Assembly: GCA_020636025.1 (NCBI GenBank)
Contig: JACJYQ010000001.1
Span: 417,163-481,162, forward strand
Length of the DNA stretch: 64,000 nt
DNA from: Lewinellaceae bacterium
GTDB lineage: Bacteria; Bacteroidota; Bacteroidia; Chitinophagales; Saprospiraceae
Direction: 5' to 3'
The translations under genes and the position numbers were made by a program. Positions within the stretch are counted from its first letter, which is position 1, and every line of letters starts with the position of its first letter. The notes below the pieces were generated by a model. That model worked only from the letters and a program-made list of their open reading frames with translations. It was not told the DNA's origin and searched no databases. Of this stretch, positions 63,761 to 64,000 are shown piece by piece.

Positions 63761-64000
63761 CTAATTGAGTAGATAATCAAAACCCGGCTTTTTAATCAAT
63801 TTCATGTCTGTGAAAATCAGCCAGAGGATAAATGGGCTTTCTGACAATGATACCCAGTTTGAGTTTGCGTTGTTCCATGCATTCAAACAGAATATCCTTG
63901 AAGTGAAATGCAATAGATCCAACGAAATGAATGGGAACCTGTTGGTAGCCCTGGTACTTACATACATGCCGGTCAAGGAATTCTCCCAGGCTGTCAGCAA
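63761..64000 (-). CDS. 3' end (79 codons) of an unidentified gene truncated by the window edge
   Basis: Open frame runs to the window edge, with its stop 5 nt upstream of the pfkA start. No motif recognised. Confidence 0.5.
   Translation of the reverse strand: MLTAWENSLTGMYVSTRATNRFPFISLDLLHFTSRIFCLNAWNNANSNWVSLSESPFILWLIFTDMKLIKKPGFDYLLN

Overview
This 64-kb chromosomal stretch looks like a Bacteroidota genome. That is an inference from five ORFs ending in T9SS C-terminal sorting domains, a 1344-aa hybrid two-component regulator with AraC output, TAnnTTTG-type -7 boxes and the absence of Shine-Dalgarno sequences. I call about 50 protein genes and one tRNA-Glu(UUC). I see no rRNA, CRISPR array, transposase, integrase or phage genes. 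Housekeeping genes include glnS, rdgB, dut, prfB (with its programmed +1 frameshift, which the ORF track splits), ndk, pfkA, kynU, a UbiD-family decarboxylase, a CcmF-like heme lyase, an NrnA-like DHH phosphoesterase and two FKBP isomerases. Secreted and accessory genes include an M36 fungalysin-like protease, an FN3 plus clan-GH-A-like hydrolase, a large type-B T9SS repeat protein, two CotH paralogues, a PBP4, and two Tat-exported GMC oxidoreductase/small-subunit pairs, one with a Hyi-like TIM barrel. I do not see a defence island or an obvious new multi-gene machine. The most unusual signal is non-coding. At least six intergenic gaps carry tandem arrays of 7-8 nt units lying directly against stop codons. 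One is a perfect (GTGCGGA)x11 abutting the pfkA stop, and the same heptamer recurs 62 kb away at the left window edge. Lower-confidence candidates are a membrane-anchored PspA/ESCRT-III-like two-gene module, a degenerate NAPRTase-like gene translationally coupled to a secreted protein downstream of the CcmF-like gene, a hyper-acidic 64-aa ORF, a -7 box followed by a 25-bp perfect palindrome upstream of a T9SS hydrolase, and an SDR/5-alpha-reductase-like operon. All product calls come from motif recognition by eye, with no database search. Coordinates of non-ORF features were anchored to ORF-track stops and starts but may be off by 1-2 nt.
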